Positions 9,715-18,810 of a DNA stretch of 64,000 bases are shown here, one piece after another; positions within the stretch are counted from its first letter, which is position 1; the number at the start of each line of letters is the position of its first letter. The DNA is from an uncultured Alphaproteobacteria bacterium (GTDB lineage: Bacteria > Pseudomonadota > Alphaproteobacteria > HIMB59). A model generated the notes under the pieces. The model did not search any database, was not told the DNA's origin, and was given only the letters and a program-made list of their open reading frames with translations. The position numbers and the translations under genes are program-made. The stretch covers positions 35,378 to 99,377 of the forward strand of contig CACMGP010000002.1 in NCBI GenBank assembly GCA_902613185.1. The letters are read 5' to 3'.

Positions 9715-9760
9715 TTCAACTTAGATTATCAAAAAAATAAATAATTGATATAATCAAGTA

Positions 9761-10777
9761 ATGAAAACAATAATTGTTGATCCTTTTCCAAGACAAATGG
9801 ATCTTATTTTCTCTAAAGATAAGCTTGTTTATTTAAAAAAAAATTTCAAACTTATTAACGCTCCAATAAAAAATAAAAAAAATTTTTATCAAAACAATAT
9901 ATCAAAAGCAGATTTTATAATTGGACAACCTGACCTTCCAAATTCAATTTTAAAAAAGGCAGCAAAACTTAAAGCTATATTCAATGTTGAGAGCAACTTC
10001 ATGGACAATATGGATTATGAGTATTGTTTTAGAAATGGTATCTATGTTCTCTCCACTGCTCCTGTTTTTGCTCAAACAGTTGCTGAAATTGCAGTTGGTT
10101 TTACTTTATCTCTCAAGAGGGAAATTCATCAATCACATATAGATTTTATTAATAATAAAGAAAAATATGGATTGGAAAGTAATATGAATGCTAGTTTATT
10201 GCAGAATAACACTGTCAGCTTTATTGGTTTTGGAGATCTAGCCAAAAAGTTAAAACCCTTGTTAGAGCCATTCACAAATAATTTTCTTGCATACGACCCT
10301 TGGCTTCCAAGCAAGTTGCTTGAGGATAATAATTGTAAAATTAATTCTCTTAATGAAATATTTAAAAAATCAGATGTGATATATGTTCTTAGTTCTATCA
10401 CAACAAAAAACAAACATATGATTGATAAAAAGCTACTGAGTCTGATGAAACAAAATTCTTGTTTACTAATTCTAAGTAGGGCTAATGTAGTGAATTTTAA
10501 AGACCTACTAAAAATTTCAAAAAAAAGAAAAATAAAAGTTGCAACAGATGTATTTCCTGAGGAGCCAGTAAAAAAAAATGATCCCATACGTAAATCTAAG
10601 AATATTCTTTTCTCAGCACACAGAGCGGGAGCTCTAGAGTCTGTCTTTTATGAAATGGGCGAAATAGTGTTTGAAGATTTAAAACTAATAAATAAAGGTC
10701 TCCCTCCAAAGTTATGTAGAAAAGCAGAGCTAGAGACTGTCGGAAAACTAAGATCAAAACCAGTAAAGATTAATTAA
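9761..10777 (+). CDS. D-isomer-specific 2-hydroxyacid dehydrogenase family protein
   Basis: FIGFGDLA Rossmann motif, AYDPW, SRANVV (Arg), DVFPEEP (Glu) and SAHRAG (His). Confidence 0.88.
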   Translation: MKTIIVDPFPRQMDLIFSKDKLVYLKKNFKLINAPIKNKKNFYQNNISKADFIIGQPDLPNSILKKAAKLKAIFNVESNFMDNMDYEYCFRNGIYVLSTAPVFAQTVAEIAVGFTLSLKREIHQSHIDFINNKEKYGLESNMNASLLQNNTVSFIGFGDLAKKLKPLLEPFTNNFLAYDPWLPSKLLEDNNCKINSLNEIFKKSDVIYVLSSITTKNKHMIDKKLLSLMKQNSCLLILSRANVVNFKDLLKISKKRKIKVATDVFPEEPVKKNDPIRKSKNILFSAHRAGALESVFYEMGEIVFEDLKLINKGLPPKLCRKAELETVGKLRSKPVKIN

Positions 10778-10816
10778 TTAAGTTGAATTTAACGAATTAA
10801 TTTAGTTCTATATTAT

Positions 10817-11275
10817 ATGCTTATTAAAATTGATCCTATTCTTAGTCCAGAGGTTTTGCATACTTTAAGAGCGATGGGACATGGAGATAAATTAATTTTA
10901 TGTGACTCAAATTTTCCCGCCTATTCGATGAACTCCAGAGTTCATCGTATTGATGGTGTAAATGCTGCAAGAGCTGCCGAGGCTATACTCTCCGTATTTC
11001 CTCTAGATAGCTTTGTCGACTCTCCTATTCAAAGGATGGAAATTGATGGAAATCCAGATCAATTAAATGAAGTTCATCAAGAAATAATTGACATAACTAA
11101 GAAAATCTCAGGAGAGCATTGGAAAATTTCATCTATTGAAAGGTTTAAATTTTATGATGAAGCCAAAAAGGCATTTGCCATAATAACAACAAACGAAACA
11201 AGACCATTTGGATGCTTTATCTTAACTAAAGGAGTTGTTAAACCTGATGGTACTGTTTGGGTACTAGATCATTGA
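10817..11275 (+). CDS. RbsD/FucU-family sugar mutarotase
   Basis: LRAMGHGD, DSNFPA, ERFKFYDEAK and TNETRPFGCFILTKG motifs. Confidence 0.9.
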   Translation: MLIKIDPILSPEVLHTLRAMGHGDKLILCDSNFPAYSMNSRVHRIDGVNAARAAEAILSVFPLDSFVDSPIQRMEIDGNPDQLNEVHQEIIDITKKISGEHWKISSIERFKFYDEAKKAFAIITTNETRPFGCFILTKGVVKPDGTVWVLDH

Positions 11276-12177
11276 GTATTTGTGTATTTGGGATATTCGT
11301 TGCAGATCTGTGTTTCTTTGCAAATGATATTCCAATACCAGGTCAAACCATATTAGGAAAAAAATACATCATCGGACCAGGTGGTAAAGGGTCTAACCAA
11401 GCAATAGCAGCAGCTAGAGCAGGAGGTAATGTATCATTTATAAGTAAAGTAGGTAAAGATAGCTATGCCGATCTTGCAATCTCTTTATACAAGAGAGATA
11501 AAATAAATTATGATGGTTTGGCTATCTCTGAAAATGAATCAACTGGGGCTGCAGGTATATTGATTAATGAAAAAACTGGGCAAAATGCAATAAATGTTGT
11601 TCCAGGAGCTGCTGGTACAATTGATGAAAATTTAATCGACTCAAAGTTAAATATAATTGAGTCTTCTAATGTTTTTTTAACTCAGTTAGAGACACCAAAA
11701 GAGGTAACACTCTATGCTCTAAAAAAAGCGAAAAATTTTAATTGTACAACAATTCTAAATCCAGCACCCGCCAGTGAAATAACTAATGATAACTTTCAAT
11801 ATTTTGATTTTTTTACCCCCAATGAAACAGAAGCAAGTTTTTATTACGGTCAATCAATTAAAAATGAGGAAGACTGTAAAAAAGCAGGAAGTTTTTTTTT
11901 AGACAAAGGGATAAAGAATATAATTATTACACTTGGAGAAAATGGTTGTTATTTTAAAAACAATAAAGAGGAGTTTATAGTACCTGCTTCAAATCTAAAA
12001 AAACCAGTAGTTGACACAACAGGTGCGGGAGATGCTTTTAATGGGGCTCTAAGTGTGGCAATCTCACAAAATAAAAACTATAAAGAAGCTATTGAGTTTG
12101 CTAATCTTGTGGCAGGTGTTTCTGTTACAAGGGAGGGAGCAGCAAATTCGATGCCATACAAAGAGGAATTACTTTAA
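11272..12177 (+). CDS. rbsK: Ribokinase
   Basis: PGGKGSNQA, LTQLE, ILNPAP, TPNETE, ITLG..G and DTTGAGDAFNG motifs. Probable TTG start overlapping the upstream TGA. Confidence 0.85.
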   Translation: MSICVFGIFVADLCFFANDIPIPGQTILGKKYIIGPGGKGSNQAIAAARAGGNVSFISKVGKDSYADLAISLYKRDKINYDGLAISENESTGAAGILINEKTGQNAINVVPGAAGTIDENLIDSKLNIIESSNVFLTQLETPKEVTLYALKKAKNFNCTTILNPAPASEITNDNFQYFDFFTPNETEASFYYGQSIKNEEDCKKAGSFFLDKGIKNIIITLGENGCYFKNNKEEFIVPASNLKKPVVDTTGAGDAFNGALSVAISQNKNYKEAIEFANLVAGVSVTREGAANSMPYKEELL

Positions 12178-12179
12178 AA

Positions 12180-13205
12180 ATGCCATATATTTCAGACAAA
12201 AATCGCTATCAAAAAATGCATTATAGAAACTGTGGTGATAGTGGTTTAAAACTACCTGTCTTGTCAATAGGGTTATGGCATAACTTTGGTGGCAATGGAA
12301 TGGCTTCTGAGTCTAAAAAAATTCTTTTTGAGTCTTTTGATGCAGGAATTACTCATTTTGATTTAGCAAATAATTATGGACCACCTTATGGCAGTGCTGA
12401 GTCTAATTTTGGAAAAGTCATGAAAAGTGATCTTGGAAAATACCGTGATGAGTTAATTATATCGTCTAAAGCAGGTTACGATATGTGGGATGGACCCTAT
12501 GGTGAATGGGGTTCAAAAAAACATGTAATTGCTAGTTGCGATCAAAGTTTAAAGAGGATGAAACTGGATTATGTAGATATATTTTATTCTCATCGTTTTG
12601 ATCCAAATACACCTCTTGAGGAAACAGCTGATGCTTTAGAAAGTATCTATAAAGCTGGTAAGGCCCTGTATATTGGAGTCTCTTCTTACTCCTCCAATAA
12701 GACAAATAAAATGATTTCAATTTTAAAGAGCAAAGGAATCAAATTATTAATTCATCAACCTTCTTATTCATTAATTAATAGATGGATTGAAAAAGATTTA
12801 ACAAAAACTCTCATAAAAAAAGGGGTTGGTTGTATCGCCTTTTCTCCACTAGCCCAAGGTTTTTTATCTAATAAATATTTAAAAGGAATTCCCAAAGTTT
12901 CAAGGGTTAATGAGAATAGCTCTTTCAGCAAAGATTTAATAACGAAAAAAAATACTAAAATTATTAATGAACTCAATAAAATTGCAAAAAGAAGAAATCA
13001 ATCTCTATCCCAAATGGCTATAGCATGGGTATTAAATAATCGTGCAATAACCTCTGCTTTAATTGGGGCTAGAACAGTAAAACAGCTTAAAGAAAACTTA
13101 GCTACACTTGATAATTTAAAATTTTCAAAAATAGAAATAAAAGAAATAAATAAAGCTGCAAAAGAGGGTGATATAAATATATGGGCTCCTTCTAGTGCCC
13201 ATTGA
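12180..13205 (+). CDS. gpr: Aldo/keto reductase, L-glyceraldehyde 3-phosphate reductase (YghZ/Gpr/MgrA) type
   Basis: YRNCGDSGLKLP..SIGLWHNFG, HFDLANNYGPPYGSAE, SSKAGYDMWDGPYG and HQPSYS motifs. Confidence 0.85.
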   Translation: MPYISDKNRYQKMHYRNCGDSGLKLPVLSIGLWHNFGGNGMASESKKILFESFDAGITHFDLANNYGPPYGSAESNFGKVMKSDLGKYRDELIISSKAGYDMWDGPYGEWGSKKHVIASCDQSLKRMKLDYVDIFYSHRFDPNTPLEETADALESIYKAGKALYIGVSSYSSNKTNKMISILKSKGIKLLIHQPSYSLINRWIEKDLTKTLIKKGVGCIAFSPLAQGFLSNKYLKGIPKVSRVNENSSFSKDLITKKNTKIINELNKIAKRRNQSLSQMAIAWVLNNRAITSALIGARTVKQLKENLATLDNLKFSKIEIKEINKAAKEGDINIWAPSSAH

Positions 13206-13238
13206 TTAATTGAAATTTTTTATTATCTCACTAATAAA

Positions 13239-14246
13239 TTAAATTTTAATCCACTTTTTTTTCTTAATAGACATAAAAATTGCATCTAAGACTTTCATAT
13301 TTTTTTTTGCATCTAATAATCCATAATCTATTTTAGTTTTATAAATTAACTCATTAGAAAATTTTGTAACTTGATGTTCATATTGATCAGTCGCTGGAAA
13401 TACTTTTATTGTATTGTCTTTTCGATAGATTGATTTTCCATTGTAGATAACAACTGTAGTTGGTTTATTCGCAATTGCGTTGAAAGGATTTTCAATAACA
13501 ACTGTTTTTTTTGTGCCAAGAATTACTACTTGTTGTGAATATGTGCTTTGTGTAGCAACTGTAAAAGTTGAGAAAATATCTCCAAAATCTAACAATGCGG
13601 ATGATAAAATATCTGTTTTAAATTTTTTATCATTTTTAGAAGTTGCAATAACTCTTTTTGGTTCTTTATCTAAAAGAAATCTTGATATGACAGTCGGATA
13701 ACATCCAATGTCATAGATGGCCCCTCCACCAAAGTTTTTGATATTTCTGATATTTTTTGGATTTTTATTATTGTATGAAAACACTGTTGATATACTTGAT
13801 ATTGATCCGATCTTACCTGATTTTATATATTCTTTAACCCATCGCCATTGAGGATGATGCCTGACCATAAATGCTTCTTTAACAATAACTTTATTTTGTG
13901 AGGCAATTTTTATTAATGGGTCTATATCTTTTGATTTTAAAGATAATGGTTTCTCTAATAAGAGATTTTTTTTATTTTTACAGGCCTCAATACTTGATTT
14001 TATATGTAAGTGGTTAGGAAGAGGGTTATAAATTACATCTACATCTTTATCTTCATATAACTCTTTATAAGAACCATAACTTTTAGGTATTTTAAATTTT
14101 TTTGTTAAAGCCGTTGCTCTGGATAAATTTCTACTAGCGAGCGCTATAACCTGACTATTTTTAGATTTTTTTATTGCAGGTATTACGTGCTCCCAACCAA
14201 TTTTAGCAGTGCTTAATATGCCCCAATTAATAATTCTTTTTTTCAT
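13239..14246 (-). CDS. Gfo/Idh/MocA-family oxidoreductase
   Basis: WGILSTAKIG, YNPLPNHLH, LLEKP and GGGAIYDIGCY motifs. Confidence 0.9.
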   Translation of the reverse strand: MKKRIINWGILSTAKIGWEHVIPAIKKSKNSQVIALASRNLSRATALTKKFKIPKSYGSYKELYEDKDVDVIYNPLPNHLHIKSSIEACKNKKNLLLEKPLSLKSKDIDPLIKIASQNKVIVKEAFMVRHHPQWRWVKEYIKSGKIGSISSISTVFSYNNKNPKNIRNIKNFGGGAIYDIGCYPTVISRFLLDKEPKRVIATSKNDKKFKTDILSSALLDFGDIFSTFTVATQSTYSQQVVILGTKKTVVIENPFNAIANKPTTVVIYNGKSIYRKDNTIKVFPATDQYEHQVTKFSNELIYKTKIDYGLLDAKKNMKVLDAIFMSIKKKKWIKI

Positions 14247-14277
14247 AAAAAAAATTTAAACCTATTTGACTACAATC

Positions 14278-14312
14278 CATACATATATTTAAAAGATTTC
14301 ATACATATATTT
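14278..14312. repeat. Perfect 13-bp direct repeat CATACATATATTT with a 22-bp period in a divergent promoter region
   Basis: Copies at 14278-14290 and 14300-14312, read directly. Confidence 0.85.
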
Positions 14313-14337
14313 TATAACTTATGGTATCTATTTAAAA

Positions 14338-15261
14338 ATGAGTGATTTTAAAATAGGCATTGATTACGGTGGTACCAAAATTGAGGGTATTTTAATAGAC
14401 TCAAATGGTAAAGAAATTCTGAGAAAAAGATCTACTTATGAAAAAAATTACGAAAGTGGTTTAAATACCGTAAAATCTTTAGTTTCAGAATTTGATAAAT
14501 TTACAGATCAACAAAATTCTGTAGGGGTTTGCATACCAGGATTTTCTTCATATGAAACTGGCTTAGTAAATAATGCTAATTGTATATGGATTAATGACAA
14601 ACCATTTCATAAAGACTTAGAAAAAAGTTTAAATAGAGAAATTCGAATCATGAATGATGCTAACTGTTTTGCATTATCTGAAGCTATCGATGGTTCTGGG
14701 GCAAATTATAAATCAGTTTGGGGTGTAATTATTGGATCTGGTTTTGGCGGATCATTTGTTTATGAAAAGAAAGTCATTGAGGGCGTTAACCAAATTGCAG
14801 GAGATTGGGGACATCAACCATTACCTTATCCTACTGAGGAGGAAATTAATTCTGATGTCCAATGTAATGTAGGTAATTGCAAAAGACCCTTATGTGCTGA
14901 GCAATTTATATCAGGAATAGGTTTTACAAAATTATTTAACGAGAAATATGGCACCAGTTTAAGAACAAGAGAAATAGTTGCTTTGGAAGCAAATGGTGAT
15001 GAAAGAGCAAAAAAAGAATTTGAATTATATGAAGATCGTTTTGCCAGATTAATATCTGTAATGATAGGTATCGTTGACCCTGATGTAATAGTTTTTGGTG
15101 GAGGTATGTCAAACGTTGGTAGACTTTATGACAATATACCTAAATTACTTCCTAAATACACATTTAGTGATAAGATAAGAAATAAGATCTTACGGAATAC
15201 TCACGGTGACTCCAGCGGTGTTAGAGGGGCAGCGTGGTTGTGGGACTCAGATAAATTTTAA
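14338..15261 (+). CDS. ROK-family sugar kinase (Mak-like fructokinase)
   Basis: GIDYGGTKIE, NDANCFALSEA.DG, IIGSGFGG, AGDWGHQPLP and HGDSSGVRGAAWL motifs. Confidence 0.88.
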   Translation: MSDFKIGIDYGGTKIEGILIDSNGKEILRKRSTYEKNYESGLNTVKSLVSEFDKFTDQQNSVGVCIPGFSSYETGLVNNANCIWINDKPFHKDLEKSLNREIRIMNDANCFALSEAIDGSGANYKSVWGVIIGSGFGGSFVYEKKVIEGVNQIAGDWGHQPLPYPTEEEINSDVQCNVGNCKRPLCAEQFISGIGFTKLFNEKYGTSLRTREIVALEANGDERAKKEFELYEDRFARLISVMIGIVDPDVIVFGGGMSNVGRLYDNIPKLLPKYTFSDKIRNKILRNTHGDSSGVRGAAWLWDSDKF

Positions 15262-16344
15262 ATGAAAAAAATTGGAATTCTTACTAGTGGTGGAGACTGT
15301 GGTGGTTTAAACGCTGCAGTTAGATCGATATTTTTCAGAGCTAAAAATACATATCAGATGGAAGTTATGGGTATTCGTGATGGCACTGTTGGTTTAATGC
15401 AAAGACCAGTAGCTTATGTTCCATTAGACTATCAAACTTTTAGCGGTTCTCTTCTAAGACAAGGTGGGACATTTTTGGGAACAACAAGTAAAGGTAATCC
15501 TTTTAAATTTCCCATGCCAGATGGTAAATACAAAGATAGATCCCAAGACATTATTGATGGTTACAAAGAATTAGGTCTTGATGGGCTAATTGTTATAGGC
15601 GGAGATGGAAGCATGTCGATTTTAACTGAAATTGCAAAAAGAGGTGACTTAAATATTGTAGCCATACCTAAAACAATTGACAATGATGTGGGAGCCACTG
15701 AGAGCTCCATAGGGTTTAATACAGCTGTAAATGTTGCTACCCAAGCACTAGATAACTTACAAACAACTGCTGCAAGTCATCAAAGAACGATGATTTTAGA
15801 AGTAATGGGGAGAGACGCAGGACACATAGCTATTAACGCTGGCATTGCAGGTGGAGCAGATGTAATCCTAATTCCTGAATTAAATTACTCTATCAAAGGA
15901 ATTGTCAATAAACTCACTGAAATGAAAAATAGAGGAATAGTTCATTCGCTGATTGTAGTAGCAGAGGCAGTAAAAACAGAAAGCGGAAAAAGTTATACTG
16001 TTGAATACGCTGATGGTCAAAAAAGATTAGGCGGTATAGGTAATTATCTTTCAGAGGAAATAATGAAAAGTACTGATATAGAGTGTAGGGTTACTTCTTT
16101 GGGGCATGTTCAACGAGGTGCGCCCCCTACTCCACGTGATAGAATTTTAGCAAGTGCTTTTGGAGTTTATGCTGTTGATTTAATAGCAAAAGGAAAATAT
16201 GGAAGAATGGTTGCATGGAGAGATAGAAAAGTTGTTGATGTTCCAATTAGTGAAGGAATTTCTACTTATAAAGTTGTAGATAGATCCGATCCTCTAATTG
16301 AAACTGCTTTAGCACTTGGGGTATATGTTGGTGATATAAAGTGA
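15262..16344 (+). CDS. pfkA: 6-phosphofructokinase (group III; GGDG/PKTIDND pattern indicates ATP dependence)
   Basis: TSGGDCGGLN, GGTFLGT, IGGDGS, PKTIDND, EVMGRDAG and LGHVQRG motifs. Confidence 0.92.
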   Translation: MKKIGILTSGGDCGGLNAAVRSIFFRAKNTYQMEVMGIRDGTVGLMQRPVAYVPLDYQTFSGSLLRQGGTFLGTTSKGNPFKFPMPDGKYKDRSQDIIDGYKELGLDGLIVIGGDGSMSILTEIAKRGDLNIVAIPKTIDNDVGATESSIGFNTAVNVATQALDNLQTTAASHQRTMILEVMGRDAGHIAINAGIAGGADVILIPELNYSIKGIVNKLTEMKNRGIVHSLIVVAEAVKTESGKSYTVEYADGQKRLGGIGNYLSEEIMKSTDIECRVTSLGHVQRGAPPTPRDRILASAFGVYAVDLIAKGKYGRMVAWRDRKVVDVPISEGISTYKVVDRSDPLIETALALGVYVGDIK

Positions 16345-17175
16345 ATGTTTATACCAATAGAAAAAATTTCAAATCTTCAAGAATTTAAAAAAGATATTTT
16401 TAGTGGAAAAGTTTTTGTATTTCAAAAATCAAAAACTTCAAATGATTTAATAACCCAAATTAAAAATAAAATACAAAATATTTATGATGGTGAAATAGAA
16501 GAAATACACCATTTAAAAAATTCTGAGGATATAAGTAAGGATATTGTATCAAAATTAAAAAACCATGAAGATTTCAGAAAACTATTTTCAAACTTTTTAT
16601 ATGAAATTGGATATAATAAAGGTGAAACTTTTTGGGATCGATTTGTTGTAAGAGTAGCACCAGCAGAAAATAACTTACCTTACAGAGAAGCATCTAGAAT
16701 AAATATTCATCGTGATACTTGGGGCACAAATTTGTATCAACAAATTAATTGGTGGGCACCAGTAAGCAATGTAGAGGAAAAAAATACTATGATTTTTTAT
16801 CCAGATTATTTTGATGTTCCAGTAAAAAATACTACTTCGACTTGGGACTTAAACATTTATTTAGCCAATAGAAAAAAAGGCGATTTTTCTTATCCCTCTG
16901 CTCCACAATTAAAAGAGGACTTGCCCAGCAATATTAAGAAAATACCAGTAACTATAAAACCAGGAGAAATTTTATGTTTTTCAGGTGCTCACTTACATAG
17001 CTCATCAAAAGAAAAGTCTGAAAATACAAGGATAAGCTTTGAAATTAGAACTATTTGTGAAAACGACTTAAATAGTTCAGCTCAAGCCCCAAATGTAGAC
17101 TGCGATTTGCAATGGAAGTTCCCTAAAATTTTTAAAAAAATTAATGACAATTCGCCGCTGAAAATAACTAGCTGA
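16345..17175 (+). CDS. Hypothetical protein, probable Fe(II)/2-oxoglutarate-type (DSBH) oxygenase
   Basis: HRDTW (HxD), NWWAPV, GEILCFSGAHLHSS (distal His) and RISFEIR (RxS). Confidence 0.6.
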   Translation: MFIPIEKISNLQEFKKDIFSGKVFVFQKSKTSNDLITQIKNKIQNIYDGEIEEIHHLKNSEDISKDIVSKLKNHEDFRKLFSNFLYEIGYNKGETFWDRFVVRVAPAENNLPYREASRINIHRDTWGTNLYQQINWWAPVSNVEEKNTMIFYPDYFDVPVKNTTSTWDLNIYLANRKKGDFSYPSAPQLKEDLPSNIKKIPVTIKPGEILCFSGAHLHSSSKEKSENTRISFEIRTICENDLNSSAQAPNVDCDLQWKFPKIFKKINDNSPLKITS

Positions 17176-17203
17176 TTATTTTATTTTTTGCTAATTTGCT
17201 GAT

Positions 17204-18454
17204 GTGAAGAAAAAATATTCAATATTTAGCCTTGCTAAAAATGCACTATCTGGCCATAAAGACTGGCCAAAAATGTGGAGAAGCCCCGAACCCAGAGAGT
17301 TTTATGATGTCATAATAATTGGTGGTGGGGGTCATGGACTAGGAACTGCATATTACTTAGCAAAAGAACATGGATTAACAAATATTGCCGTAATAGAAAA
17401 AGGTTGGCTTGGTGGAGGTAACACAGGTAGAAACACCACTATCATTAGATCAAATTATTTATGGGATGATAGTGCTCATTTGTACGAACACTCTTTAAAG
17501 TTATGGGAAAACCTATCAAGCGAATTAAATTACAATGTAATGTTTAGTCAAAGAGGGGTTATGAATTTAGCCCATAACGAACATGATATAAAAGAAATTA
17601 AAAGAAGAGTTAGTGCAAATAATTTAAATGGTATTGATTCATTTTGGTTATCTAAAGAAGAAATTCAAAAAAAGGTTCCTATAATGAATACTGACAATCT
17701 TCGATATCCAGTGCTAGGTGCATCTTACCAACCTCGCGGTGGTGTAGCACGACATGATGCAATAGCATGGGGTTTTGCAATGCGCGCTGATGAGATGGGA
17801 GTTGATATAATTCAAAATTGTGAGGCACATCAAATAAGGACTAAAAATGGAACAATAGAAGGTGTCGAAACTTCCAAGGGTTTTTTAAGGGCAAATAAAA
17901 TTGGAGTTGTTGCTTCAGGTCATACTGGTGTTTTAGCAGAGAGTGCGGGTATCAGGTTACCTTTACAAAGTAAGCCACTTCAGGCACTTGTTTCTGAACC
18001 AATCAAACCTATTATTGATACAGTGGTAATGTCCTCTGCAGTTCATGCTTATGTCAGTCAATCTGATAAAGGTGAATTAGTTATTGGAGCAGGAACCGAC
18101 AGTTATAATTCTTTTACTCAAAGAGGTGGTTTTGACATTATTGAAGATACTATTCGAGCTATGGTCGAGCTTTATCCAGTATTTGGCAAAATGAAAATGC
18201 TTCGTCAATGGGGTGGTATTGTTGACATCTGCCCAGATGCTAGTCCTATTATTAGTAAATGTGACATTGAGGGTTTATTTTTTAATTGTGGCTGGGGCAC
18301 AGGTGGTTTTAAAGCTACACCTGGAAGTGCAAATGTTTTCGCACATACCATTGCAAAAAATGAACCTCATCAAATTAATAGTGCGTTTAATCTTGATAGA
18401 TTTGCAAGTGGAAGATTAGTAGACGAACACGGTGCTGCAGCCGTAGCACATTAA
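17204..18454 (+). CDS. soxB: Sarcosine oxidase beta subunit (N-methylglutamate dehydrogenase MgdA not excluded)
   Basis: [34 protein letters not shown] and [10 protein letters not shown] motifs; GTG start. Confidence 0.9.
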   Translation: MKKKYSIFSLAKNALSGHKDWPKMWRSPEPREFYDVIIIGGGGHGLGTAYYLAKEHGLTNIAVIEKGWLGGGNTGRNTTIIRSNYLWDDSAHLYEHSLKLWENLSSELNYNVMFSQRGVMNLAHNEHDIKEIKRRVSANNLNGIDSFWLSKEEIQKKVPIMNTDNLRYPVLGASYQPRGGVARHDAIAWGFAMRADEMGVDIIQNCEAHQIRTKNGTIEGVETSKGFLRANKIGVVASGHTGVLAESAGIRLPLQSKPLQALVSEPIKPIIDTVVMSSAVHAYVSQSDKGELVIGAGTDSYNSFTQRGGFDIIEDTIRAMVELYPVFGKMKMLRQWGGIVDICPDASPIISKCDIEGLFFNCGWGTGGFKATPGSANVFAHTIAKNEPHQINSAFNLDRFASGRLVDEHGAAAVAH

Positions 18455-18459
18455 TAAAT

Positions 18460-18810
18460 ATGCTCATAATTAATTGCCCTTATTGCGGCCCGAGAGATCA
18501 ATCGGAATTTTCAAATGGAGGAGAAGCACATGTAAAAAGACCCGATGGATCAAAAGAAATTGGTGATCGTGAGTGGGGAGAATACGTCTTTATAAGAGCA
18601 AATCCAAAAGGTTTGTTTTATGAGCGCTGGGTACACACACATGGTTGTCGCAAATGGTTTAATTGTGTAAGAGATACATCTACTGATGAAATTTTGGTGA
18701 CCTACAAGCTCGATGAAAAAAAACCAAATTTAAATAATTTTAAAAGTGTTGTTAAAACGCCCTCTGGTGAACCAGAAGTTGGGTCGGGTAATTTTACGGT
18801 TGAAAAATGA
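18460..18810 (+). CDS. soxD: Sarcosine oxidase delta subunit
   Basis: CPYCGPR..EF..GGEAH and ERWVHTHGCRKWFN Zn ligands. Confidence 0.92.
   Translation: MLIINCPYCGPRDQSEFSNGGEAHVKRPDGSKEIGDREWGEYVFIRANPKGLFYERWVHTHGCRKWFNCVRDTSTDEILVTYKLDEKKPNLNNFKSVVKTPSGEPEVGSGNFTVEK

Noticed and set aside
10129-10587. 152-aa antisense ORF
   Set aside because: Fully inside the hydroxyacid dehydrogenase on the opposite strand, with a Phe/Leu/Ser-rich shadow composition.
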